Shown here one piece after another: positions 1-8,986 of a DNA stretch of 64,000 nucleotides. Below the pieces are notes generated by a model. That model was not told the origin of the DNA. It saw only the letters and a list, made by a program, of their open reading frames with translations, and did no database searches. Source of the stretch: Bacillales bacterium UBA6877 (GTDB lineage Bacteria > Bacillota_I > Bacilli_A > RFN20 > CAG-826); the NCBI GenBank assembly GCA_002451465.1, contig DKCJ01000024.1:29578-93577 (forward strand), written 5' to 3'. Position 1 is the stretch's first letter. Each line of letters opens with the position of its first letter. The translations under genes were made by a program, and so were the position numbers.

Positions 1-1
1 A

Positions 2-2113
2 TTTTTAAATTCGTTTTTCAATTTAGTAGATCAAATTATGGTTGCAGAAATTGGTGATAGCAGCGTTAGCGCTGTTGCAACGATTTCACAAATTAAAGCT
101 TTAATTTCTTCTTTAGGGCTTGGTATTGCTGGCGGTGGCGCAATTATTGTTTCAAGAAGATATGGTGCAGGTAATATTAAAGAAGCAAAAAAATATAGTA
201 ATGTCATTTTTTCTCTTCAATTAATTGTTATTGCGATAACAATTTTACTTATTCCATTTTCAGTATTTATCTTAAAACTATGTCGAGTTCCAAATGACTT
301 AATTTCGATAAGCGATAATTATTTTAAATTACAGCTTATTGAGCAAATATTTATTGCTTTTAATAACGTAGCAATTGCTTTAGAAAAATCTAAAGGCAAT
401 TCAAAAAATATTCTAAAAATGAATATTTTATGCATGATTGTTAAATTATTATTTAATACATTATTCATCTATGTAATAAAAGTTGACTCAATAAGTTACG
501 TTGAAATTTCAAGCATTATAGCGCAACTTTCAATGTCGATTGTCGCTTCTTATTTATTATTTAATAAAAAGAATATATTTTTGATAAGACCTAAAGAATT
601 CTCTTTAAAAAAAGAATATGTTTTTAAAATAATTAAATTATCATTCCCTTTATTTTTAGGAAAATGCATAATCTCCCTTGGTAAAGTTGGTGTTAATGCT
701 TTATGTTTAGAATATGGTTCTTTAACTGTAGGTGCTCTTGGAATATCTAATAATATATGTGGAATTATCACAAATCCTGCAACGACTCTTGAAGATAGCG
801 AATCATCAATTGTTGCTCAAAATATTGGTAACAAAAATTTAAAAAGAACTTTAAAAGTTTTTGTTAGATGCCTTGCTCTTGTTTCAATCTGGTCTTTGAT
901 AGGGTTTTTAGTTACAAGAGTCTTTTTTGAAGATCAGATTATATCTTTATTTTCAACAAAAAATACCTCTAAAGAATTTTTAGTTTTAATAAAAGATATT
1001 TATCAATATGATTGTTTATCAATCCCTGCGCTAGCCCTTACTGGTGTTGTTTTAGGAATTTTATATGGTTATGGACAAACTTTTTTAGCAACAATAATAA
1101 ATTTATTAAGAATTGCCACGCGTATTGGCGTGTTGCTTATATTACAAAATAAAAGTTGGTTCCCAAATATAGGGAGTGAAGCAGCTGGTGTCTCTATGGG
1201 AATATCGAATTGCGCAATTGGCGCTTTTTCAATAATATTTTTTATAATATTTTTTATAAAAATTAAAAGAAAAGGTTATAAAGGCTTAAAATTTAAAGAT
1301 GAGGATCCAATTATGATAGAAAAAGATGGCATATTAGTTAGAATTAATAAAGATTTTGTTTTTAAAAACGGTCTAACAAAAATCGCTTTAAACCCATTAA
1401 ATTCCTCCTTAAAAGGAGAGCTTATTGTTAATAAAGCATATAACAATGACGTTCCAATGATTTTAATTTTTCCAGGGGGCGGATATTCTCATCTTTCACC
1501 TAGAGAAAGTGAACCAATAATGGAAAAATTTAAAAGTTTAGGATATAACACTGCCATATTAAATTATAGCGTTGCTCCAAACCACTATCCTTTACAACTT
1601 AAAGAAGCAATATTTTCAATAAATTATTTATATACTTTTTTTAAAACTATTTATACTTTAGGTTTTAGTGCTGGCGGACACCTAGCGGGACTTGTTTCTA
1701 CAAGTGAAGCAAGCTGCAAAATAAAGGGTTCTATATATTGTTATCCGGTAATTACTCTTTTAAAACACACACACATTCCTTCAAGAAAATGTTTATTAGG
1801 CTTAAAAAATAACTATTATATGCAAAAGAAATTAAGTGTAGAAAATAGAGTTAATAAAAATACTCCAAAATCATACATATGGACTACATTAAATGATGCT
1901 TGTGTACCTTTTATAAACACATTATTTTTTAAAAAGAAAATGGATGAAAATAATGTATATTGTGAAATGCATTTATTTAGGAATGGCGTACATGGGAGTG
2001 CTTTAGCAGATGAAACTGCTATAACTAAAGAACAACCTTTATTTTATAATAAAGATCTTCAGCTTTGGGTTAACGAGGCAGATAAATTTATAAAAGCAAC
2101 AAAAAACTCGTAA
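2..2113 (+). CDS. MATE-family efflux transporter (N-terminus outside window) fused in frame to a C-terminal alpha/beta-hydrolase (acetyl-esterase/lipase-like) domain
   Basis: The frame is open from base 2 (FLNSFFNLVDQIMVAEIGDS...), so the true start lies upstream. About the first 415 aa of the listed ORF are polytopic MATE-like membrane sequence. After a KIKRKGYKG linker, about 270 aa carry hydrolase motifs: oxyanion FPGGGY, nucleophile elbow GFSAGGH, acidic LNDACVP, and histidine GVHGS. Confidence 0.75.
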   Translation, partial: FLNSFFNLVDQIMVAEIGDSSVSAVATISQIKALISSLGLGIAGGGAIIVSRRYGAGNIKEAKKYSNVIFSLQLIVIAITILLIPFSVFILKLCRVPNDLISISDNYFKLQLIEQIFIAFNNVAIALEKSKGNSKNILKMNILCMIVKLLFNTLFIYVIKVDSISYVEISSIIAQLSMSIVASYLLFNKKNIFLIRPKEFSLKKEYVFKIIKLSFPLFLGKCIISLGKVGVNALCLEYGSLTVGALGISNNICGIITNPATTLEDSESSIVAQNIGNKNLKRTLKVFVRCLALVSIWSLIGFLVTRVFFEDQIISLFSTKNTSKEFLVLIKDIYQYDCLSIPALALTGVVLGILYGYGQTFLATIINLLRIATRIGVLLILQNKSWFPNIGSEAAGVSMGISNCAIGAFSIIFFIIFFIKIKRKGYKGLKFKDEDPIMIEKDGILVRINKDFVFKNGLTKIALNPLNSSLKGELIVNKAYNNDVPMILIFPGGGYSHLSPRESEPIMEKFKSLGYNTAILNYSVAPNHYPLQLKEAIFSINYLYTFFKTIYTLGFSAGGHLAGLVSTSEASCKIKGSIYCYPVITLLKHTHIPSRKCLLGLKNNYYMQKKLSVENRVNKNTPKSYIWTTLNDACVPFINTLFFKKKMDENNVYCEMHLFRNGVHGSALADETAITKEQPLFYNKDLQLWVNEADKFIKATKNS

Positions 2114-2136
2114 GCCTTATTCCTTACGAGTTTTTA
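2101..2136. terminator. Bidirectional rho-independent terminator between convergent genes
   Basis: ACTCGTAAG (2106-2114) pairs with CTTACGAGT (2123-2131). An A-run lies on the left and a T-run on the right. The stop codon of the MATE fusion sits in the stem. Confidence 0.55.
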
Positions 2137-2138
2137 AC

Positions 2139-4265
2139 TTATTCTAAAGAAACTTTAATTTCTTTATCTTTGTAATCACAAATGTATGGTTTATTTGGTT
2201 TTAATTCTCCATCAACTATCATCTTAGCAAGAATTGTTTCAATTTCATGTTGGATAAATCTTTTAATTGGTCGAGCACCATACTTTGGAGTATAAGCTGA
2301 ATCAAGAACATATTTCTTTAAAGCATCAGTGAATTTAACTTGATAATATTCTTCAGCTAATCTTAATTTCAAATCATTAAGCATCTTATCGACAATCTTA
2401 ACTTGAACATCTTTACTTAAAGAATTAAATGTAACAATCTCATCAATTCTATTTAAAAATTCAGGTTTGAATGTCTTATGTAATATAGCTTCAACAAGTT
2501 CTTTATGGCCTTCAAGAATTTCCTCACTACCTAAGTTACTTGTCATAATAATGATAGTATTTTTAAAATCAACCAAACGACCTTGTGAGTCGGTTAATCT
2601 ACCATCATCCATAATTTGAAGTAAGATATTAAATACTTCTGGATCGGCTTTTTCGATTTCATCGAAGAGAACAATTGAATAAGGATTGTGTCTTACTGGT
2701 TCAGTAAGTTGACCACCTTCCTCATATCCAACGTAACCTGGAGCTGCACCAATTAATCTAGATACACTATATTTTTCCATGTATTCAGACATATCAAGTC
2801 TAATAATTTTATGTTCATCATCAAATAGAGCTTGAGCAAGGGCTTTAGCAACCTCAGTTTTACCAACGCCAGTTGGACCTAAGAAAAGGAAACTACCAAT
2901 AGGTCTATTAGCGTCTTTAATGCCAGCTCTTTGTCTAATAATAGCATCACTTACAAGTTTAATGGCTTCATCTTGACCAATAACTCTCTTCTTAAGAGTA
3001 TCTTCAAGAGATAAGACCTTTTCTTTATCGCCTTTAATAATTCTTGAAACTGGAATTCCTGTCATCTTACTAACAATAGAAGCAATATTTTCTTCAGTAA
3101 CAACATCACTTAAGATTCGTTTAGAACCATCGCTATTCTTACTGCTTTCAATATCGTTAATTTCTTTTTCTATTGCAGGAATTTCTTTGTATTGAAGTTC
3201 ACTACTACGTTTATAATCACCAGCATTATAAGCGTTGTTAAGTTCAAATTTCTTCTCATCAAGTTCTTTTTTAAGCTCTTTACTTCTTAAAATATCTTGT
3301 TTTTCGGCTTCCCATTTCTTTGTTAATTTATCATCTTCAGCATGAAGCTTATCGAGTTCATCATCAAGTTTATTAAGTCTTAATTTAGATTGCTCATCAG
3401 TTTCATTTTGTAATGAGAATTTTTCGATTTCTTTTTGTCTAATATCACGTTTAACTTCATCAAGTTCACTTGGCATAGATTCAATTTCTACACGAGTTTC
3501 TGCACAAGCTTCATCAATTAAATCGATAGCTTTATCAGGCAAAAATCTATTTGTTACATATCTAACACTATAGTTAACAGCTGCAACGAGAGCATTATCA
3601 GTAATTTTCACACCATGATGTGATTCAAAACGATCTTTAAGACCTCTTAAAATTGAAAGAGTATCTTCTTTTGAAGGTTCTTGAACCATAACAGTTTGGA
3701 AACGTCTTTCAAGAGCTCTATCTTTTTCAATATATTGTTGATATTCACTTAAAGTAGTTGCACCAATACACATAATTTCACCTCTTGCGAGCATTGGTTT
3801 AAGCATATTTGATGCATCCATTGCACCTTGAGTTCTACCAGCACCAACAATAAGATGGATTTCATCAATAAACATGATAATCTTTCCATCACTATCTTTG
3901 ATTCTATTTAAAACAGCTTTTAAACGATCCTCAAATTCACCTTGATATTTAGCTCCAGCAATTAAAGCTCCCATATCAAGTTCAAAAATCTCTTTATTTT
4001 TTAAGCTTTGTGGAACATCGTTGTTAGCAATACGTTGAGCTAAACCCTCAATAATTGCGGTTTTACCAACACCTGGTTCACCAAGCAAAATAACATTATT
4101 CTTGGTTTTACGAGCAAGAATCGTAATAACATTTCTAATTTCATCATCTCTACCAATTACAGGATCGATTTTATTTTTCTTTACTTCATCAGTAATATTT
4201 CTACCAAATTTCTTTAAAACATCTTCATCTTTGGAATAATCTTCATAACCTTGTTGTTCGTTCAT
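2139..4265 (-). CDS. clpB: ATP-dependent chaperone ClpB (short form lacking the N-domain)
   Basis: Two AAA+ modules are present (Walker [10 protein letters not shown] and GPTGVGKTE). A long coiled-coil middle domain ([29 protein letters not shown]) lies between them. GGAGG RBS 8 nt upstream of the ATG. Confidence 0.9.
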   Translation of the reverse strand: MNEQQGYEDYSKDEDVLKKFGRNITDEVKKNKIDPVIGRDDEIRNVITILARKTKNNVILLGEPGVGKTAIIEGLAQRIANNDVPQSLKNKEIFELDMGALIAGAKYQGEFEDRLKAVLNRIKDSDGKIIMFIDEIHLIVGAGRTQGAMDASNMLKPMLARGEIMCIGATTLSEYQQYIEKDRALERRFQTVMVQEPSKEDTLSILRGLKDRFESHHGVKITDNALVAAVNYSVRYVTNRFLPDKAIDLIDEACAETRVEIESMPSELDEVKRDIRQKEIEKFSLQNETDEQSKLRLNKLDDELDKLHAEDDKLTKKWEAEKQDILRSKELKKELDEKKFELNNAYNAGDYKRSSELQYKEIPAIEKEINDIESSKNSDGSKRILSDVVTEENIASIVSKMTGIPVSRIIKGDKEKVLSLEDTLKKRVIGQDEAIKLVSDAIIRQRAGIKDANRPIGSFLFLGPTGVGKTEVAKALAQALFDDEHKIIRLDMSEYMEKYSVSRLIGAAPGYVGYEEGGQLTEPVRHNPYSIVLFDEIEKADPEVFNILLQIMDDGRLTDSQGRLVDFKNTIIIMTSNLGSEEILEGHKELVEAILHKTFKPEFLNRIDEIVTFNSLSKDVQVKIVDKMLNDLKLRLAEEYYQVKFTDALKKYVLDSAYTPKYGARPIKRFIQHEIETILAKMIVDGELKPNKPYICDYKDKEIKVSLE

Positions 4266-4289
4266 AGTCTAATCCTCCAATCGAATAAT

Positions 4290-4317
4290 ATTATAATACA
4301 CTTTTAGCACTTGTCAA
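4290..4317 (-). promoter_or_regulatory. Sigma-70-type promoter of clpB
   Basis: Minus strand reads TTGACA (4312-4317), a 16-nt spacer, then TATAAT (4290-4295). The -35 box lies inside the CIRCE spacer and right arm. Confidence 0.55.
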
Positions 4318-4330
4318 TAGAGAGTGCTAA
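4304..4330 (-). promoter_or_regulatory. CIRCE element (HrcA operator)
   Basis: TTAGCACTT-GTCAATAGA-GAGTGCTAA matches the CIRCE consensus TTAGCACTC-N9-GAGTGCTAA at 17 of 18 arm positions. It lies 39 nt upstream of the clpB start. Confidence 0.85.
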
Positions 4331-4367
4331 TTTTTTTACATTATTCTTTTTAGATTAAATACAAATT

Positions 4368-4388
4368 AAAAAACCTCCATTGGAGGCT
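4368..4388 (-). terminator. Short rho-independent terminator after the flavin-reductase-like gene
   Basis: Minus strand reads GCCTCC-AAT-GGAGGT followed by TTTTTAATTT. Confidence 0.4.
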
Positions 4389-4412
4389 TAAAATTATAAT
4401 AAATAATGCATT

Positions 4413-4850
4413 TTAACGCATTTCAGGCATCGATAAAAATCTTACTTTCGTGTTTTCTTTAGATCTTAAAATCTTGCATTCGATTAAGTGATCATCTTTT
4501 GAACATTTTGGATGAGTAACATTTGTCACTTCACAATATAAATTTGTTTTGGCATCCTTAATTAGAATAGCACCACTTTCTTTATAACACTCAATATTTT
4601 CTAATTTATTAGTAGATAGAGAATGGTTTTCTCCAAGTTTAGACGCGATATCTTTTTGATTTTCATTTAAAGCACTAACGCCAACTTTATCACCAACTTT
4701 CAAATGATTACCTGTGTCACTTTGTGCACCAATTAAAAGCATAATTGAATCATAATCAACAGATGTTGTCCAAGCACAAGTCATGGCATAATCTTTACCA
4801 TCTTTGCTATAAGCAACCACATTAACACCTTGTAAAACATTGTCTTCCAT
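4413..4850 (-). CDS. Flavin reductase-like (FMN-binding split-barrel) domain protein
   Basis: 145 aa. The YAMTCAWTTSVDYD segment resembles the core of flavin reductase-like domains. AAGGAG RBS upstream of the ATG. Confidence 0.65.
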   Translation of the reverse strand: MEDNVLQGVNVVAYSKDGKDYAMTCAWTTSVDYDSIMLLIGAQSDTGNHLKVGDKVGVSALNENQKDIASKLGENHSLSTNKLENIECYKESGAILIKDAKTNLYCEVTNVTHPKCSKDDHLIECKILRSKENTKVRFLSMPEMR

Positions 4851-4860
4851 ACAAATCTCC

Positions 4861-5775
4861 TTATTTATTCATATTTAATCTTTTTACTTTTAAAATAAAC
4901 TTTAATTTTGAGAAACATCGATATATACCAAAATATATTGATATAACAATTATATCAGCAAGTCCTAAACCTATCATATATAAAAAGTAAGCAAGTCCCC
5001 AACCATATCCATTTATTCCTGGAGATAAGGCTTGAATATCTTTTAAGATGAATACACTCGTAGGATACCACATCGAAATATACCACATATTAGTGTCATA
5101 AGCTCTACAATCATCAACGCCATATATATAAGGTACAAAAAAGTTAATAAGTTGTGCAATTACGCTAAATATTAAAATCATTCCATAAGTTATTAAAACA
5201 ACTTTTAAGTTTCGCGTGTATTTACCTTTTCCAATCGACAATATACCAATTGAGAAAAAGCCAAGCATCATAAGAACTAAGTGCCATGTTATTGTGTGTA
5301 TATAAATTCCTATATCATGCCAAGAAAATAATCCTTCTTGGTTAATAAATAACGCAACAAATCCCCCAATCATTGCATATACACCCATATAAGCAATCAA
5401 AATATTCCTTAAATAATCCTTTTTAATTAAAGGCATGAATATCGCAATAAACATTGGAATAGAACATATTTGCCATGGGAAAATAGTCCACGCATAACCA
5501 TTTCCAATATTAAAACCGCGGATTCTATTAAAAGATATTTGTTTATACAATTCGAAAGTTATTAAAAATAAACCTGTCAAAAATAAAATAATATTTTGAA
5601 CTTTTTTATTATGCCTAAATTTAATTCCAAGCGCCAAAAAAACAAAACACAAGACAAATCCTAGAATGCATAAACTTAATACATGAGAGTCCCAAGCTTT
5701 CCAAGGAACACCATTATCAGGCCATAAAGCTCTATCAGGATATTCAGGACAAGTATTTAATACATTAAAAATCAT
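4861..5775 (-). CDS. Polytopic membrane protein (YwaF/TIGR02206-like)
   Basis: 304 aa with about 8 hydrophobic segments, including a PWQICSIPMF-type segment. Its start overlaps the upstream stop as TAATG. Confidence 0.6.
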   Translation of the reverse strand: MIFNVLNTCPEYPDRALWPDNGVPWKAWDSHVLSLCILGFVLCFVFLALGIKFRHNKKVQNIILFLTGLFLITFELYKQISFNRIRGFNIGNGYAWTIFPWQICSIPMFIAIFMPLIKKDYLRNILIAYMGVYAMIGGFVALFINQEGLFSWHDIGIYIHTITWHLVLMMLGFFSIGILSIGKGKYTRNLKVVLITYGMILIFSVIAQLINFFVPYIYGVDDCRAYDTNMWYISMWYPTSVFILKDIQALSPGINGYGWGLAYFLYMIGLGLADIIVISIYFGIYRCFSKLKFILKVKRLNMNK

Positions 5776-6560
5776 TATTTATTACCTTTTAATTTAATAT
5801 AAATACTAACTTTACTAGGATCCGACTCACTTGGGACACTAATAATATCAAAAGTGTCTTTATATTTTCTTATAATATCTAAAGGTTTAGAAAATTTGTA
5901 ACTACGAACATCAAATTCAGGATGTTGTTTATAAAGGTAACTAGAAAGATTAGAAAGATGCACCATATCTTCTTTTTCAGTTAATTCACTAACATATAGA
6001 ACTAATACTTTATAAACATCATCAATATTTGTTCCATCAAGGTTTAATTCATCAATTTCGTCTTTATTTTTCAAAATATCTTTAATAGCTTTAGATACTT
6101 TTGTACTTGCGTTCTTTGAGTAATCTTTAATTGCTCCAAGAGGATAAAATCTATCAACAGCAGCTTTAAATGCTTCAACTGTTTTAGATTCACCCATACC
6201 CAAAACTTGTTTATTAGATTCTTTAAGTCGTTGAATTAAACGAATAAAATCAGAGTCACTAGAACATATGCAGTAAATATCTATTTTGTCTCTATAAAGT
6301 AAATCCATGCAATCAATAATTAAACTACTATCTGTTGATGATTTATTAATAGTAAAAGCATAATTATGAATACAATTTAAACTATATTTTAAAGCGCAAT
6401 CTCTCCATGGATTCAAAATCTTGTTTGAAAAATCGCCATAAACTCTTTTTATTACAATTCTTCCTTGTTTATTAAGTTCGCTTAAAATAGTAGGAAGATA
6501 TTTATATGAAATATTGTCTCCATCAATTAAAAGCGCTATCGTTTTTTCATTCTCCATCAT
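5775..6560 (-). CDS. NYN (LabA-like) domain protein with C-terminal OST-HTH/LOTUS-like region
   Basis: IALLIDGDNISYKYL...RVYGDFSN and CICSSDSDFIRLIQRL are typical NYN/LabA motifs. I place the start at the ATG at 6560 (AAAGGA 8 nt upstream) rather than the TTG at 6566. Confidence 0.75.
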   Translation of the reverse strand: MMENEKTIALLIDGDNISYKYLPTILSELNKQGRIVIKRVYGDFSNKILNPWRDCALKYSLNCIHNYAFTINKSSTDSSLIIDCMDLLYRDKIDIYCICSSDSDFIRLIQRLKESNKQVLGMGESKTVEAFKAAVDRFYPLGAIKDYSKNASTKVSKAIKDILKNKDEIDELNLDGTNIDDVYKVLVLYVSELTEKEDMVHLSNLSSYLYKQHPEFDVRSYKFSKPLDIIRKYKDTFDIISVPSESDPSKVSIYIKLKGNK

Positions 6561-6594
6561 AATCAAAAATCCTTTTCATTTATTATACCAAAAA

Positions 6595-8931
6595 TCATCC
6601 AATTTCCTTACTTTTTATGTGATAAATTCTACTTCCAAAATCTCCTAATAAGCGAATTCCATCATCAAATCCCGTTCCATTCCATTCTTGTTTTAATTTT
6701 ATCGCATTAGAGTTAAGCATTCTCCCATCAACTAAATATTTTTCATTCTCAATTTCGATATCTTTATGCTTACTTATTTCATTTACGATAAAGCCATTTT
6801 CATTAAGTCTTATTGGCAAAATAGTATTAATTAGCCCTCCAAAAACTTTTATGTTGTGTTTTTGTCTTCTAACTTCAAGAGAATACATTTGTTCAGGAAT
6901 AAAATCAGCGCCTTTTAATATAGTTACGCCATTCATTAAATTAGATACTCCATTAAAATAACCAATTAAAGCTTCTTTTTTATCTTCACTTAAAACCATC
7001 CATTCTGAGTGATTTTCTTTTTCCATAAATGAAAATTGATAAAAAGTGCCATATTGAAATAATTTACGATGCTTTTTATAAAATTTAATTTGTTCTTTTA
7101 CATAATTTAATTCAAGTTTCGTAAGATGATTTAAATCAAGTTCATATCCTAAAACACCAAAAGCAGCTACATTGAATCTCGTTTCTATTGGCGTAATTCT
7201 TAAAGAACTATGGGAAGGGGTTGCACTTACATGTGCCCCTATTGTAGAAAGAGGATAACCAAGATAGAGGCCACTTTGTATATAGTTCCTATCATAAGCA
7301 TCCGTATTATCACTAGCCCAATTTTGTTGAAAATAACTTAGAACACCTAAATCAAATCGATTACCACCACTGCTACAACCTTCAAATAAAACATTTTTAT
7401 TTTGATTTGTTATTTCGCTTAAAATTCGATAAAAACCGACAATATAATCATAGAAAAAATTACCAGATAGGCCATTACCTATATAAAAATCGCTTATCGA
7501 TCGATTGTAATCCCACTTAACATATTTAATGTTTGCACTTTTTAAGACATCACTAACATTTTGGATAATATAATCTTGTACTTCTTTTTTTGTTAAATCG
7601 AGACATAATTGATGACGACCTTCGCTTGCTTTAAATAAAGGATGCTTTAAAACATAATCTTTATGATTTCTATATAAATTACTATTTTCATTTATCATTT
7701 CTGGTTCAAACCAAAGACCAAAATCTAAACCTAATTTATTTATCTTTTTAGCAAGACCACTTAAAGAATGAGGAAGTTTTTTCTTATCAACTTCATAGTC
7801 TCCTAGCCCTCCAGTATCACCATTTCTTCCTTTAAACCAACCATCATCTAAAACAAATAGTTCTATACCACATTCTTTAGCGGTTTTAGCTATTTTAAGT
7901 ATTTTATTTTCATTAAAATTTGCGCCAGTTGCTTCCCAATTATTAATTAATATTGGACGAATTTTATTTTTATAAACACCATTAATTACATGATTATTTA
8001 TAAAATAATGCATATTTTGGGATGCTTTATTAATTCCTTTATTAGAAAAAGTAGAAACACTAAACGGCGTTTCAAAAGTTTCCTCTGATTTTAATTTGTA
8101 TTCAAAACAAAATGGTGATATTCCAGACATTATTCTAACTTGTTTAGCATGATTTTCCTCAATTGAAGAATAATGATTTCCACTATAAATCAAATTAAAT
8201 GCATAAACATTTCCATTATTAAATGTAGCTTCTTTATTTTTAACCATAAAAAATGGATTATGTCTATTGCTACTTGCTCCAGTTTTACTATCAATAATAA
8301 TTTGCGTATGTTTGACATCAATATATTCTCTTTTACATTCATTAGACCATGTTCCATATAATGATAAAACTTCATAATTATCATTATTTAAAACAAGCAT
8401 AGAAGACATGCATTTTAACAAAAATAGGTCATTACCGCTATTGTTTTTTATAATTATATTTCTTGCAATTACATTTGCTTTATAAAAAACAATATAATGC
8501 ATTTCAATATATATATTATTAATTTTATCTTTTAAAAAGATAATTAATTCTTGATCACCATCATGAGGAGTTGGTAGTTTTTTAAGTTTTGTAATCTTAT
8601 TAGTAATAAGATAACTATCATACAAAAAATCAAAAATATAACCATCTTTATTTTTCAAGATTAAAGATGGTTCGTTAAAATCACCTTTCCCAGTTGTTGA
8701 TAGTTCAAGCGTAGATAAATCTAATGATTTTAAAGGATTTATTTCTTTGTCGTATATAACTTGATTTCCAAATCCATAAGTCCATTTATTAAAAATTGGT
8801 AATGGATCTATATTATTACTAACCTTTGAACCATAATACTCATTCACAATATGCTTAGTTTCATCAACTCTTAAAATATAACTGTTAAGTTCAGTCTCTA
8901 AATAAAAAACATTGTTTTTATATAAAATCAT
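6595..8931 (-). CDS. Alpha-galactosidase, glycoside hydrolase family 36
   Basis: GH36 signature blocks YVKWDYNR and FEGCSSGGNRFDLG are present. I place the start at MILYKNN (GAGG 8 nt upstream), not the upstream in-frame ATG at 8952. Confidence 0.85.
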   Translation of the reverse strand: MILYKNNVFYLETELNSYILRVDETKHIVNEYYGSKVSNNIDPLPIFNKWTYGFGNQVIYDKEINPLKSLDLSTLELSTTGKGDFNEPSLILKNKDGYIFDFLYDSYLITNKITKLKKLPTPHDGDQELIIFLKDKINNIYIEMHYIVFYKANVIARNIIIKNNSGNDLFLLKCMSSMLVLNNDNYEVLSLYGTWSNECKREYIDVKHTQIIIDSKTGASSNRHNPFFMVKNKEATFNNGNVYAFNLIYSGNHYSSIEENHAKQVRIMSGISPFCFEYKLKSEETFETPFSVSTFSNKGINKASQNMHYFINNHVINGVYKNKIRPILINNWEATGANFNENKILKIAKTAKECGIELFVLDDGWFKGRNGDTGGLGDYEVDKKKLPHSLSGLAKKINKLGLDFGLWFEPEMINENSNLYRNHKDYVLKHPLFKASEGRHQLCLDLTKKEVQDYIIQNVSDVLKSANIKYVKWDYNRSISDFYIGNGLSGNFFYDYIVGFYRILSEITNQNKNVLFEGCSSGGNRFDLGVLSYFQQNWASDNTDAYDRNYIQSGLYLGYPLSTIGAHVSATPSHSSLRITPIETRFNVAAFGVLGYELDLNHLTKLELNYVKEQIKFYKKHRKLFQYGTFYQFSFMEKENHSEWMVLSEDKKEALIGYFNGVSNLMNGVTILKGADFIPEQMYSLEVRRQKHNIKVFGGLINTILPIRLNENGFIVNEISKHKDIEIENEKYLVDGRMLNSNAIKLKQEWNGTGFDDGIRLLGDFGSRIYHIKSKEIG

Positions 8932-8986
8932 TTTTAAAACCTCGATTATCATTTTATAATATTTCTATAAGGATTTAAAAGTATTT

